DNA of 64,000 nucleotides from Octopus sinensis (Eukaryota): NCBI RefSeq assembly GCF_006345805.1, contig NC_043008.1, positions 51,522,001 to 51,586,000 of the forward strand, read 5' to 3'. Shown piece by piece: positions 52,091 to 64,000 of this stretch (position 1 is its first letter; each line of letters starts with the position of its first letter). The notes under the pieces were generated by a model. It saw only the letters and a program-made list of their open reading frames with translations, ran no database searches and was not told where the DNA came from. The position numbers and the translations under genes were made by a program.

Positions 52091-52929
52091 ATGGAAGATT
52101 ACTGAAGGAAAAAGGAAGAGAAAAAAAGAACAGTATATTGTGCAACCCTAAACCTTACCCACCCAGCCCATACCCTCTGTGACCCACTCCTCCCTACAGA
52201 CACCAAACCCACCCTTCCCCTCTTACACTAGCAAAAAAAAAAGAAACACATGCACAACAAAGAACAAAGAGCCCCCCTCCCCACGAAGTTAATTACGTAC
52301 ATATCGACAAACAAAATATGGAGCTAATTCAAAAAGTAACAAGCTGAAAAACAGCAAGATTTGTGAACAGTGAAGAATATCATGAAACACTTGTGTGTAC
52401 TGATCTCAGAAGCACAAATGGAGGAAATCAAAAAATATAAAAAGGGTGTGAAGATATGGAGAATACACAAGGACATAAAAAAAAATACTGGTCAATACTG
52501 AATGTGAGGATCTGTTGAAAAAATATGGGATCGGCGTGAAGAAAGGACTCCAAAGGAGTAAGTGATGTTGCTTGTGGTGGGCAGGCAGCTCATTTCCATT
52601 GTCACATTTCATTTTCATTTCATATTATCATTTTTATAATTTTATTTGTAATTATCTTTAAGTTTTGTGTTATATGTCCCCTCTTCATTTAGCCCCTTGT
52701 GAGCAATAAAGAAATAACTTATTCTTAGTGCAAGTCTTTTGTCGTTTGAACGTTTTGCCAGTGTTTCCTATATCATTTGTTGAATTGTTGTATTGTTACA
52801 GTAAGTTGAGGTTGTTTTACAGTTGTTTTTGTTAAAAAACTGTTTATTATTTCGTTGAAGCAGCTTGTTTTCAATTCCCCCCTGTGGGGGAATTATTGTT
52901 TTGTTGAACTCTGCAGTTTTGAGCCAATT

Positions 52930-54790
52930 CTGTGGGATGCAAGCCAGATACAAGGTTTATCTTTGGTTAGGTATTTCTCCTGCAGCTGTCTTACCTGAAA
53001 TATAGCATCAGTGGTGCTTTTCCCTGGCACGAACCCAAACTGCATCTCATCTAAACTAACTCTTTCCCTAATTAGTTGGGCTATGACCCTTTCCGTGCCC
53101 TTCATTACCTAATCCAACAACTTGATACCTCTGTAATTATTTGTATCTAAAGCATCACCTTTACATTTGTAGCAGTTGACTATGTGCTACTACACCAGTC
53201 ATTGGGTATGACTCCTTCATATATCACCTGGTTAACTATACAGAGGACTAGGCTATAGCCAACACTGCCAAATATTTTGAGCATCTCTGCGGTGATTCCT
53301 AATGGGCCGTGGGCTTTCCCTGTCTTCATACTCTTAATTGCTTTATCTACCAAGGTACTGTCAATTTGGATAGCTGGTCCCTCTGTTGGGTTGACATTCA
53401 GCAGGCTCACTTTCTCCCATTTATTCTCTTCATTTAGCAACCTTCCATAGTGGCATCTCCAAGTCTCTCTATTTGCAGCCTCATTAATTGCAAGTGAGCC
53501 ATCATCCATGCAGACACATTTCTCTCCTAAGACATCACAATTCTCTCTCACGCACTGTCTTGCAACACGAAATACCTCAAGTCTTTGGTCTACACAGCAA
53601 CAAACATTGGGAAATTTTTTCTTATCTGCTTTCCCTTTGGCTAAATAAACCTGTCTCCTAGGTTCCCTTCTGGCAGTCTGATACAATTCCCTACTACCAC
53701 CATTCTTCCAGTCCTTCCAAGCTTGTTTATTTTCTCTAATAGCCCTGTCAACAACATTGTTAAACCACCACATTACCTTGGGTCGAGAAGGGACTTTGCA
53801 CAATCCACAGATCTGGTCAGTAGCCCTCAGCAGTTTTTCCCATAGAAACCTCCAGTTGTCTTGCACATCATGTGATGTTATATATCCTTCTATTTCATCA
53901 AAGGCTTCAAATAATATGTCTCTAAATCTCTGTCCATTCACAGATTCACAGGATCTTTAAGCTTCCTGACCCTTCTCCTTCATCCAGGTCGTCTTCTGGG
54001 CATCCATTTAGCCCTGATCCTGAAGTCACTAATAGTCTATGCTGTGGGGTGCATTCTTCACCTGGGAAGGTTTTGGCATTTTTAAGCAGACATATTTCCC
54101 TTTTTCTGGCGATGATGTCAATTTGTCTAGTGTGTCTGCCAGAACGGTAGGTGACTAGGTGACTGGCAGGTTTCCTGAGGTTAGTATTGCAAACCATAAG
54201 GTCATTTGCATCACAGAACTCCAGTAGCCTTGTTCCCTCCTCATTTCGGGAACCAAAACCATAGCCTCCATGTACACCATGCAAGCCCCCTGTATGTTGT
54301 CCAACATATCCATTGAAGTCACCAGCCACAAAGAGAAGGTCCCTGTCATTATCAATGAGGTAGTCTGCAAGAGGATGTCATAAAATCGGTTTTTCTGTCC
54401 ATCAGGTAGCCCTGGCTGAGGGGCATAGGTTGAGGTATGGTAGCTAACCCATGATGAAGCACTACTCTAACCTTAAGTATTCTGTCACATACTCTGACTA
54501 CTTCGATTACCTTATCAATCTATTTCTCTGCAAGAAGTATACCCACGCCCCCGACCCTGTCAGTGTTCCTTGCACAGAAAATCTTGTACTTGTGTTCTTT
54601 GCCTGTAAGGAACCTAGCGGAACCTCCTCTCCACCATACTTCTTGGAGGCAGCACAAATCGACACATCTCCATTCAAGCATCTCAACAATCTCACAAGAC
54701 CTACCTTTCAGTGTGCCAACATTGAGTGTGTCAACTCTGAGGGTGTGGAAGGTGTGGGCCCATGAGACCCTGGGATGGGGGATAGCTAGG
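52930..54790 (-). pseudogene. RTE LINE 5' half (endonuclease, linker and start of RT), frameshifted
   Basis: TLNVGTLKGR, LCCLQEV.WRG, AGDFNG.VG, RQIDII, MKTGKA.GP, QFGFVPGKSTTDAIF. Broken at KDKP. Confidence 0.9.
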
Positions 54791-55642
54791 TCATGTACCT
54801 GAAAAAAAAGCTTGCATTTGGCAGAATTCATAAACAAACAATAGCTTTCAACCTGCATACACTTTTTATGCACTATATGATCACTACCTTACATAGGAGA
54901 TAAACCCTAAGTAGGGGTGGAGATGGCGTAAAGCCTTTAGAAGTGCTCATGGGAGACAACCAAAGGATGACAGAGGATAGGAACTTCCAGTACAGGTGGA
55001 GGGTGTACTGCCAACTAGCAAATTTAGATGAGAGCATCTTCTGGATTGTATTCTTTCGGGGGAGGTATTAAAAATCGAGTAGGGAAATCTGAGTGCGTGT
55101 GCTAATTTATATAGGGTAGGGGTGGGTGGAAGGAGGGGGAAGTGTTGGCGAAGCAAGTGGTAATTGAAACAGACAGGCAGACAGACAGAGTGAGGCAAAG
55201 AGAGAGGGTCCAGAGTTAGGGTGGTCAGGGATAGAACACGAGAGAGAAGAATATTCTTTTGGAATTTTGGGTAACATAATTTAATGAAGTATTTCACTAT
55301 TATGCTGATAATAGTGAAATAGAATTGAAAAATCTCAGAATTTTCGGTCAGCCAATCTGTGACAAAATTAGAGAAATAAGTGACAATGTGATAAACTTGA
55401 ATAAATGAATATGTGACGATTAACGAATATGCATGCACTTAAGTTTGTCTTAAGACACCAATGAAGAAGCCGAAACTATTGAAACTATGTTTACATGGTA
55501 ATGAAACAGATAGAATAATGAAAAGAATTAACAAGGGGTTTATGACCTGCACAGAAATAGAAGAGTAGATGAACGAGGTTGAAAAGACAAAATTTCTTAT
55601 CTGAGCATCTTCTGAAATTCATATTCTTTAGGCGGAGGTATG

Positions 55643-55714
<72 letters not shown>

Positions 55715-55772
55715 CATATATATGTGTATATATATGTATTTATATATATGGGTATATATATGTGTGTGTGTG

Positions 55773-55838
<66 letters not shown>

Positions 55839-55892
55839 CATATATATGTGTATATATGTATTTATATATATGGGTATATATATGTGTGTGTG

Positions 55893-55944
<52 letters not shown>

Positions 55945-56129
55945 TATACATACATGCATACATACACTTACATCAAGCCTCTTTCAGTTTTTGCCTGGGG
56001 CTATAATAGAAGACACTTGCCCAAAATGCCATGTAGTGGGACTAAACCCAGAACCATATGGCTGAGAAGCAAACTTCTTACTACACAGCCATGCCTATGT
56101 CTATATGTTTTAGAAGTTCAGCATATATA

Positions 56130-57990
56130 TATCATCATCATCATCATCATCATCATCGTTTAGCATCCGTTTTCCATTCTAGCATGGGTTGGACGGTTCT
56201 ACTGGGGTCTGTGAAGCCAGAAGGCTTCATCAGGCCCAGTCAAATCTGGCAGTGTTTCTACGGCTGGATGCCCTTCCTAACGCCAACCACTCCGTGAGTG
56301 TAGTGGGTGCTTTTTACGTGCCACCCGCACAGGTGCCAGACAGAGCTGGCAAACGGCCACGAACGGATGGTGCTTTTTATGTGCCACCGGCACGAGGGCC
56401 AGGCGAGGCTGGCAATGGGCACGAAATGGGGCGGTGCTGGCAACGGTCGCGAAACGGAAGGTTCTCTTACATGCCACCGGCACTGGTAACACATCTGCAA
56501 TTTCCATTGATCGATTTCGATTCTGATCCTCACTTGCCTCAACAGGTCTTCACAAGTAGAGTTTTGTGTCCCAAGAAGGGAAGGTATGCATACGTAGGCT
56601 GGCTCCATCCCATGTAGAAGGCCATGGGTTATGGACTCACTTGTCCTGCCGGGTCTTCTCGTGCACAGCACACTTCCAGAGGTCTCGGTCTCTAGTCATT
56701 TCCTCAGCGAGACCTAAAGTTCGAAGGTCGTGCTTCACCACCTCGTCCCAGGTTTTCCTGGGTCTGCCTCTTCCACAGGTTCCCTCAACCGCTAGAGTGT
56801 GGAACTTTTTCACACAACTATCTTCATCCATTCTCGCCACATGACCATACCAGCGCAAACGTCTCTCTTGCACACCACAACTGATGCTTCTTAGGTCCAG
56901 CTTTTCTCTCAAGGTACTTACACTCTGCCGAGTGTGAGTACTGACATTACACATCCATCGGAGCATGCTGGCTTCATTTCTTGCGAGCTTACGCATATCC
57001 TCAGCAGTCACGGCCCATGTTTCACTGCCATGTAGCATGGCTGTTCGTACACACGCATCATACAGTCTGCCTTTCACTCTGTGCGAGAGGCCTTTTGTCA
57101 CCAGCAGAGGTAAGAGCTCTCTGAACTTTGCCCAAGCTATTCTTACTCTAGCAGTTACACTTTCAGCACACCCGCCCCCGCTGCTGACTTGGTCACCTAG
57201 GTAACGGAAACTATCAACTATTTCTAGTTTTTCTCCCTGGAAAGTAACGGAAGTTGGTCTCAGAGCATTTTCAGTGTTTATTGTTCCTGAGCATCTGCCA
57301 CATACAAAAACCATCTTCCTAGTTAGCCTTCCTTTGACATTGCTGCATCTCTTATGTGTCCATAGCTTACACTTGGTGCATCTTATAGAGTTTCTACCTA
57401 CACCTTTTCTACAGATCGAGCAGGGCCATCTACCTGAAGGCATTTGTGATATGTCTACCTTCCTACTGATTACGACTTTGGTTTTAGCTAGATTGACTCT
57501 GAGGCCCTTCGATTCTAATCCTTGTTTCCACACCTGAAACTTCTCCTCCAGTTCTGATAGCGACTCAGCAATTAGAGCAAGGTCATCAGCATAGAGGAGC
57601 TCCCAAGGGCATCCTGTCTTGAATTCCTCCGTTATTGCCTGGAGGACTATGATAAATAGGAGGGGGCTGAGTACTGAGCCTTGGTGGACCCCTACCTCTA
57701 CCCGGAATTCTTCACTGTACTCGTTTCCAACCCTCACCCTACTAGCAGCGTCCTTATACATGGCCCGCACAGCTCTCACTAACCATTCAACTATCTCTAG
57801 CTTCCTCATTGCCCACCAGATAAGGGATCGGGGGACCCTGTTGAAGGCTTTCTCCATGTCAACAAAAGCCAGGTACAGGGGCTTATCTTTGGCTAGGTAT
57901 TTCTCCTGCAGCTGCCTTACCAGGAATATAGCATCAGTAGTACTTTTCCCTAGCACAAACCCAAACTGCATCTCATCTAAACTAACTCTC
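56130..57990 (-). mobile_element. Young RTE LINE 3' half: intact 444-aa RT frame (56637-57971), 3'-UTR and (GAT)n tail
   Basis: FVDMEKAFNRVP, GVHQGSVLSPLLF, LLYADDL, FRYLGD. 5'-truncated at about 57990 next to (TA)n. Confidence 0.95.
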
Positions 57991-58586
57991 TATAGATATA
58001 TATATTGGGTTGATAAATCCTTTTGGATAGAATTAGTCAAGGACTTTGTGATATTTTAAAAATAAGAATTGATTCACATTCTCTCAGAAGTTTATAGAAA
58101 AATTCTTATGACATCAACAACATAGAGTTTTCATTGGTAAGAATAACATTTCTAAAATCAATAGAAAAATTTAAGGAATTGCCTTGGTCCAATGGTAGAA
58201 CATCAGTCATGTCTATGGGGGATGTGGGTTTGAGTCCTATGGACAGCCTTTCACGTATTTTTTATCCAAAAGAGATTTCCAACCTAATATTTATATGCTA
58301 TTATTTATAACCTTGTGTGTGTGCTTCAAGATCTGCTTTTCTAAAATGCATTATTTCAAATTCTCTTGAAAGTTTATAACATTTTTGACATCAAATCTAA
58401 ATAAATTATAAATGAAAAGAAGTGTAATGAATGTATGGTAGAAGAGCAGAGAAAATAAATAGTTTTCAATTGTATTCTAATAGTTTCATTTTAAATCTCC
58501 TTCCTTATAAAACAATTATTCTTTCAAATTTAGTAATTTGAAATTTTGTTGTCATTAATGACAATTTTTCTTCTGTTATTTGCTAG

Positions 58587-58792
58587 GGACACACTGGAAC
58601 CTTGAAGTTATACATAGTGAGATGAACAACAAGTACACACAATCATTTAAAATAGTACCTTATGGCAAAGACGATATAAAATTTGAGAAAGATTCTAAAA
58701 CATCAAATAAATCATTCATTCTTCCAATGGAAATGAATACAAGGTCAAGAATAGAAATAGAGACTACAGGAAAATTTTGGTTAGAGACAGTT
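58587..58792 (+). CDS. Secreted repeat protein, exon 4 (repeat 2 N-part: THWNLEV...GKFWLETV)
   Basis: ttctgttatttgctag acceptor, GTT|GTGAGT donor, 206 bp open, phase 1 to 0. Confidence 0.8.
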
Positions 58793-59969
58793 GTGAGTAA
58801 ACCCTTTATTTTTTCTCATTTAGAAAGAAGTATAACCGGTTCACTTGAATTTCAATGTATTACTTGTTTTCAGGTTTTCTGGATTTGATTAAATGAAATA
58901 CATTATATACATGTATGCTCATACATAATTCAACAAACGCACAGATGTGTATTGATAATTTCTCATTAGAAAGTTGATGGTTTGGATGAATGATTCAACA
59001 TCACTCTTCTGTGTTCACTTCATGCCAGGTTTAAATTGGCTATTTATCCTTTTTGTTGTTTAGCAAAATGAATTATAGCAAAGCACTTTTTCAATTCTGT
59101 ATTCTCAATCACCTTAAAAACTGTTTTTATTCATAGTCAAAAGAAATATCTTTTCTACTCTAGGTACAAGGCCTGAAATTTGTGGGGAGGGGGCCTGTTG
59201 GTTATATCGACCCCAGTGCAAAACTGGTACTTATTTAATCAATCCCAAAAGGATGAAAGGCAAAGTCAACCTCGGCAGAATTTGAACTCAGAACATAGCA
59301 GCAGACAAAATACCGCTAAGCATTTCGCCCGGCGTGCTAACATTTCTGCCAGCTCACCGCCTTAGTCAAAAGAAATATCATTAGTTATATAAGTTTTGCT
59401 ATTAATAAGAGAAATTATTAAACTGAAAAATGTTTATTTATAACTCTAAACATTTTTAATATGCACAGATATATAATGTTCAAATCATGAATTGTCAAAT
59501 GTTTCTTTATAAATTACAACATAATTAGCAGCTACAGATAGAATGTAAATGAATGAAATTATTTTGGCAACAAAAAGACAAAAATACAAGAGAAAGTTGA
59601 AATGTAGAGTTTTATAGACCTACCAAGAAGTTCTAGAATATTCCATTAAGCCTTCAGGTGTGAAAATTCAACTTTCCTTTTTTACCAAATTGATGTTGGA
59701 TGTTGGTACTTGGTTGAATATTACTAAATATCATTCACTTGTGCCAATAATCTTTTGTCAATATTACCAAATATAGTAAGATTGTGAACTGGCAGAATCA
59801 TTAGCACACTGGACGAAATGCTTACTAGCATTTCATCTGTCTTTATGTTCTGAGTTCATTCAAATTCCACCAAGGTTGACTTTGCCTTTCATCCTTTTGA
59901 GGTGATAAAATAAGTACCGTTGAATGCGGGAGTTGATGCAATATATATGTACATATATGTGTGTGTGTG

Positions 59970-60817
59970 TGTGTATCAAAAAGTTCACAGACTAGTTACA
60001 TTTAATAAAAAAAAATCTAATTTAACTAGGTTTTAACATCGAAATAGTCTCCTTGCTCAGCAATATACCAGTCCCAGCCTTTCTACTATGTTTGGAATCC
60101 GGCCTGGAAGTCATTTTCCATAAGCGAGTTGAGGATCTTCTGTGATTCACTTTGGATCTTGATAACGGTGTTAGACCAGTGATTTTTTAACTGAATTTTC
60201 ATCCTGGAGAAGAGATAGAAGTGCACAGGTGTTAAATCTGGTTAATAGTATGGGTGCAGAAGCGATACCATGTCGTTTTCAATAAGAAACTCACTGTGAG
60301 GAGAGTTTAGTGACAAGGTGCAATGTTGTGAAGAATCCAATTCTTTGTAGATGTCAGGATTGCCTGCATGGACCCATATGACAGACCAACAGCATAACCA
60401 ATGTCGATGGTTGTCCTCCGACGATCCTCATGCAGAAGCTGATGAATTTCTTCCACATTTCCGGTGGTGACACTCGAAGCAGATCTTCCATTTTGCTCAT
60501 TATCTTGGGATGTTCTTCCACTTTTGAAGCGCCTATCCCACTTGAAACATTGTGTACGACCTTGTCGCCTTAAGCTTGCCTAAGCATGCTCAATGTCTCT
60601 GTAGCAGACGTCCCAAGTGTAATGCAAATTTTCACATTGGCTCTTTATTCCAGCTTCCTGTCCATATCAAAAATCGCAGACTATAACATACACATGATTA
60701 CAAAACACAAATTTCACAACTTGAAAAGTAAACACAGCGATGTCACTCAGCACACTGCCTCATGAAGGTCACTGCTAGCTCTCACTTCACATGCAACCAT
60801 GTTTACACCACCTCATA
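59970..60817 (-). mobile_element. Degraded, internally deleted mariner
   Basis: MDRKLE*RANVKICITLGTSATETLSML at 60665 and a gtatcaaaaagttc TIR-like end. Boundaries approximate. Confidence 0.7.
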
Positions 60818-61549
60818 TATAAATACATGCGTGTATATTAATCTTCTCTCTTTGCTCCCTTGTGCCACATTAACCGAGCTCACCTCCTCTAATTTAATTA
60901 CCCTCTCAACCTGCTATTGTTTACTTGATTTCGATTCTAATTTTAATATTATATATTATGCAATTATTCAAATTTATGAAATGTATGTTTAGCTTGGTGA
61001 ATACAATGTAATGCACTCTCACATCTACAGTTGATTAATTTGAATTTTGATGTAAGAATTTGTTAAATTTCTTTCACACACACAATTCACACTGTTTGCT
61101 TCTTCTTTATGGTTTGGCTCTACTAATTATTTCCCAGGTACTTTTATATTCCTTATTATTATCTTTTAAGGACCAATTAGTTTACTTAAACTAGTGTTAT
61201 TTTTCTTTTTGCAGTCTCTAAATGAGTTATCTTGGTTGATAATTCTTCTTTTTATATGTTTCACAAGCACGAAAGTAATAACATACATGATCTTCTGAGA
61301 TTACCTTTCACCTGTATACTGTTTCTTTAATTTTGCAGTTAAAATCAAGAAGACTTAATCTATTTATTGCACAATCAGAATTTTTTTTATCTATAACTCT
61401 ATTTTATATATCTTGTTTCCTTTCCTGATTATTTCCTTTGTTCTTTCTGCCTTCTTTATCTGCTAATTTACATTCCATTTCTTGATTTTCAATTTCAGTA
61501 TCGCTTTCCAATATATTATTATTTGAGTTATTACTCAATGTCGTCGCTT

Positions 61550-61610
61550 CTTCTTCTTCTTCTTTCTTCTTCTTCTTCTTCTTCTTCTTCTTCTGCTACT
61601 GCTGCTGCTT
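61550..61610. repeat. (TTC)n/(CTG)n microsatellite
   Basis: Seen directly. Confidence 0.9.
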
Positions 61611-61734
61611 CACTGTTTCCATGCCTTAGGTGAGTATTTTCATTTTGGATATTTGCTTTTACTCTGCTGCTCTTTTCAGTATTTTTCTTCCCTGTTCATT
61701 TGTTACAATAAATAATAATAATTTCCACTAAAAA

Positions 61735-61870
61735 TTGTAGAAAATGTCTCATGTATTTCAAACCTATTGGTGGATGAGGAAATATTTTCAAAAAATGAAG
61801 ATTTTTATAAACTAGCACTTAGTAGGGCAGGATATAAAGAAAAATTGAAATCAAACAAAAAAAAAAAAAA
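61735..61870 (+). pseudogene. Penelope-like RT C-terminal fragment
   Basis: ISNLLVDEEIFSKNEDFYKLALSRAGYKEKL resembles the PLE SSNEEIF...Y..AL..SGY motif. Confidence 0.6.
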
Positions 61871-62510
61871 CATAGATCCAGACAATGAGGTTGATAAAGA
61901 AAATAACTTAAACCCTGAGGGTAATAATAAGGTCTATATTTACAACAGTAATAGAGATAAAGATAGAAAAATAATTTGATATATAGTAAAGCAGAAAATA
62001 CCATAGACACTAATATAACAGAACAGAACAAAATAAAAGAGACAGTGTAGATAGCCAATGTAGACTTAAAAGGGAATATAATAGGAAAGAGACCCAACTG
62101 TAGATATATTATATCTGCCAGTCTCCACCACTACTTCTGTTTTTATGATTTAGAATAGAGTGATATTTTCAAGTTGAATATACTAAGATGACAAGACCAG
62201 GCTCCCTTCGTGCTGACATCATCTGTAGATTAATATAATTCCTTTAAGCTGTTTTAATTTTCTTAAACCATGAGTAAAGAATCTGAATGGCTCAGCTCCT
62301 GTAAACATGGGCTTGTTTGATTATTTATAAAGCTTTCAATATTTGTAAAAACACTCCAGATGAAAAAGAGATAGAATTACTGCATAGATGGATAAATTAG
62401 ATATTCCTTATCTATGTAATTACTGGATCAAGAACAAATTGTCACCTACCTAAACCCATGTAATTCCAGGACACATAATTTTGTTGTTTTTTCTTTTAAT
62501 TTTGCTTTAG

Positions 62511-62604
62511 GTCAAGCTGAAGAATATGGAAACTTCCAACACATATTCTTGTATTTATGTTCTTAAACAAAGTATTCCTTACCATGAGTGTTCATTGATA
62601 AATA
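62511..62604 (+). CDS. Secreted repeat protein, exon 5 (VKLKNMETSNTYSCIYVLKQSIPYHECSLIN); gene continues beyond the window
   Basis: ttttaattttgctttag acceptor, A|GTAAGT donor, 94 bp open, phase 0 to 1, mirroring exon 3. Confidence 0.8.
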
Positions 62605-64000
62605 GTAAGTTGATAAAACATATTTCTTATATCACTTTATTAGAAATTAGGAAATAGTTCTGCTTTGCTGGCTTTTATCAGATGTTATTAAGAAGGAGAG
62701 TGATCAAGGTGAATTCTAAATGACTCATGCTGCTGCATTGATATTACTATTAAGAGTTAAATCTTCCTATCACCCACACCAATTTCCAAAGCCATACTAC
62801 ATTCATGGTAATATTTCCTTGGTAGTATGTGGCAAGCTGGCAGAATTGGGCAAAATGCTTAGCAGCATTTTGTCTGTCATTATGTTCAGAGTTCAAATTC
62901 TACCAAGGTTGACTTTGCCTTTCATCCTTTTGGAGTCAATAAAATAAGTACCTGTTGAGAACTGTAGGTCAATGTAATTGACTTATTTCCTCTTCTGAAC
63001 TTGCTCTTGAAACCAATATTCCCTTGATAGTGTGATAAAAATATTGCTTCCCAACTACATGATTCCAGGTCAATCCCACAGTATGGTTCCTTGGGCAAGT
63101 GTCTTCTACTATAACTCAGGCAGACCAAAGCCTTGTGAGTGGATTTGGTTGACACAAACTGAAAGAAGCCCATTTTGTAAAAATATATATATGTGTGCTA
63201 ACACGGAAAACGGATGTTAAACAATGATGATTATGATCATGATATATATATAAATATATCTAGTCCAATCCATGCTAACATGGAAAATGGACACTAAATG
63301 ATGATAATCATGATGTTGATCATATGTGTGTGTGTGTATGTGTGTGCACACGTGTGCACATCTGCTTCTTTTTGTTCCCCACCACTATTTGACAACTGAT
63401 GTCAGGGTGTTTACATTCCCGTGACTTAGCGGTTTGGCAAAAGAAACTTATCAAATCAGTACTAGGCTTTTAAAAAGTGAAGTACTGAAGATGATTCGTG
63501 CAACTAAAATTCTACAAGGTGTTGCCCCAGCATGGCCAAAGTCTAATGTCTGATACAAGTAAAAAATAGAAGATATAAATAGTATGAAAGATTGACATAT
63601 TTTACATCAGATTTGAAATGAAGGAACCAATTGTATGATGGTGGTGCTCATTTATGATCATTTCTCAGACAAGGAGACACAAGCACCCCTGCCACACTCA
63701 CACACACTCATATGACATCCTTCTTTCATTTTCTGTTTACTAAATCTACTCTCAAGTCTTTGTTGGTCAGAGATTATAGTAGAAGACATGTGCTTAAGGT
63801 GCCTTCCTCAAATCTGAACTTGGAATGCTTAAGTTCAAAAGTCAAAACTTCTGATGAATAATAATATTATATTAGGTAATATTGACCAACGCTATTCTGG
63901 TTACATCCCTGTGGCCAGAGTAGTGAGTTGGCAAATTGCCCCCAGAGCTGAAAGAAGCATGGCTAATGACAGCCATAATGTACAACATGAATGAAGAGGC

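Noticed and set aside
52930-57990. Permuted RTE (3' half upstream of 5' half, ~130-bp overlap) as one circular-intermediate event
   Set aside because: The 3' half is intact and young while the 5' half is frameshifted and older, which points to independent insertions.
58181-58247. tRNA-like sequence with A-box and B-box motifs
   Set aside because: Acceptor and anticodon stems do not pair well. At best a tRNA-derived SINE head or pseudogene.
61767-61979. 70-aa ORF as an exon of the secreted gene
   Set aside because: Resembles a Penelope RT tail and lacks suitable splice sites.

Overview
AT-rich, repeat-dense animal genomic DNA with huge (TA)n/(CA)n tracts, tRNA-derived SINEs, RTE/CR1/Penelope retroelements and Tc1/mariner relics. 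This repertoire looks like an octopus/cephalopod genome, which is an inference from the repeats only. Three likely host-type coding units were found. (1) An intronless AIG1/ADTRP-family gene on the minus strand (14155-14949). (2) An intact, single-exon Merlin/IS1016(ISXO2)-type transposase ORF (26477-27418) whose first catalytic Asp appears to be Ala, with no TIRs that I can find. (3) A multi-exon gene missed by the ORF track, assembled by hand from five phase-compatible exons (41972-42026, 48611-48804, 51576-51660, 58587-58792, 62511-62604). It encodes a signal peptide plus two tandem ~95-100 aa beta-rich, tentatively PLAT/LH2-like repeats and runs off the window. Other highlights: a 1.65-kb foldback element with GG termini and a perfect 8-bp TSD (Merlin-like, non-autonomous, 19580-21232), four type-I hammerhead-ribozyme folds in Penelope-like elements that all carry C instead of U at core position 4, a full decayed Gypsy provirus with LTRs and a 5-bp TSD, two non-autonomous Helitrons and two MITEs. 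All alignments, folds and counts were done by eye. Most ORFs in the supplied track are microsatellite or antisense artefacts.
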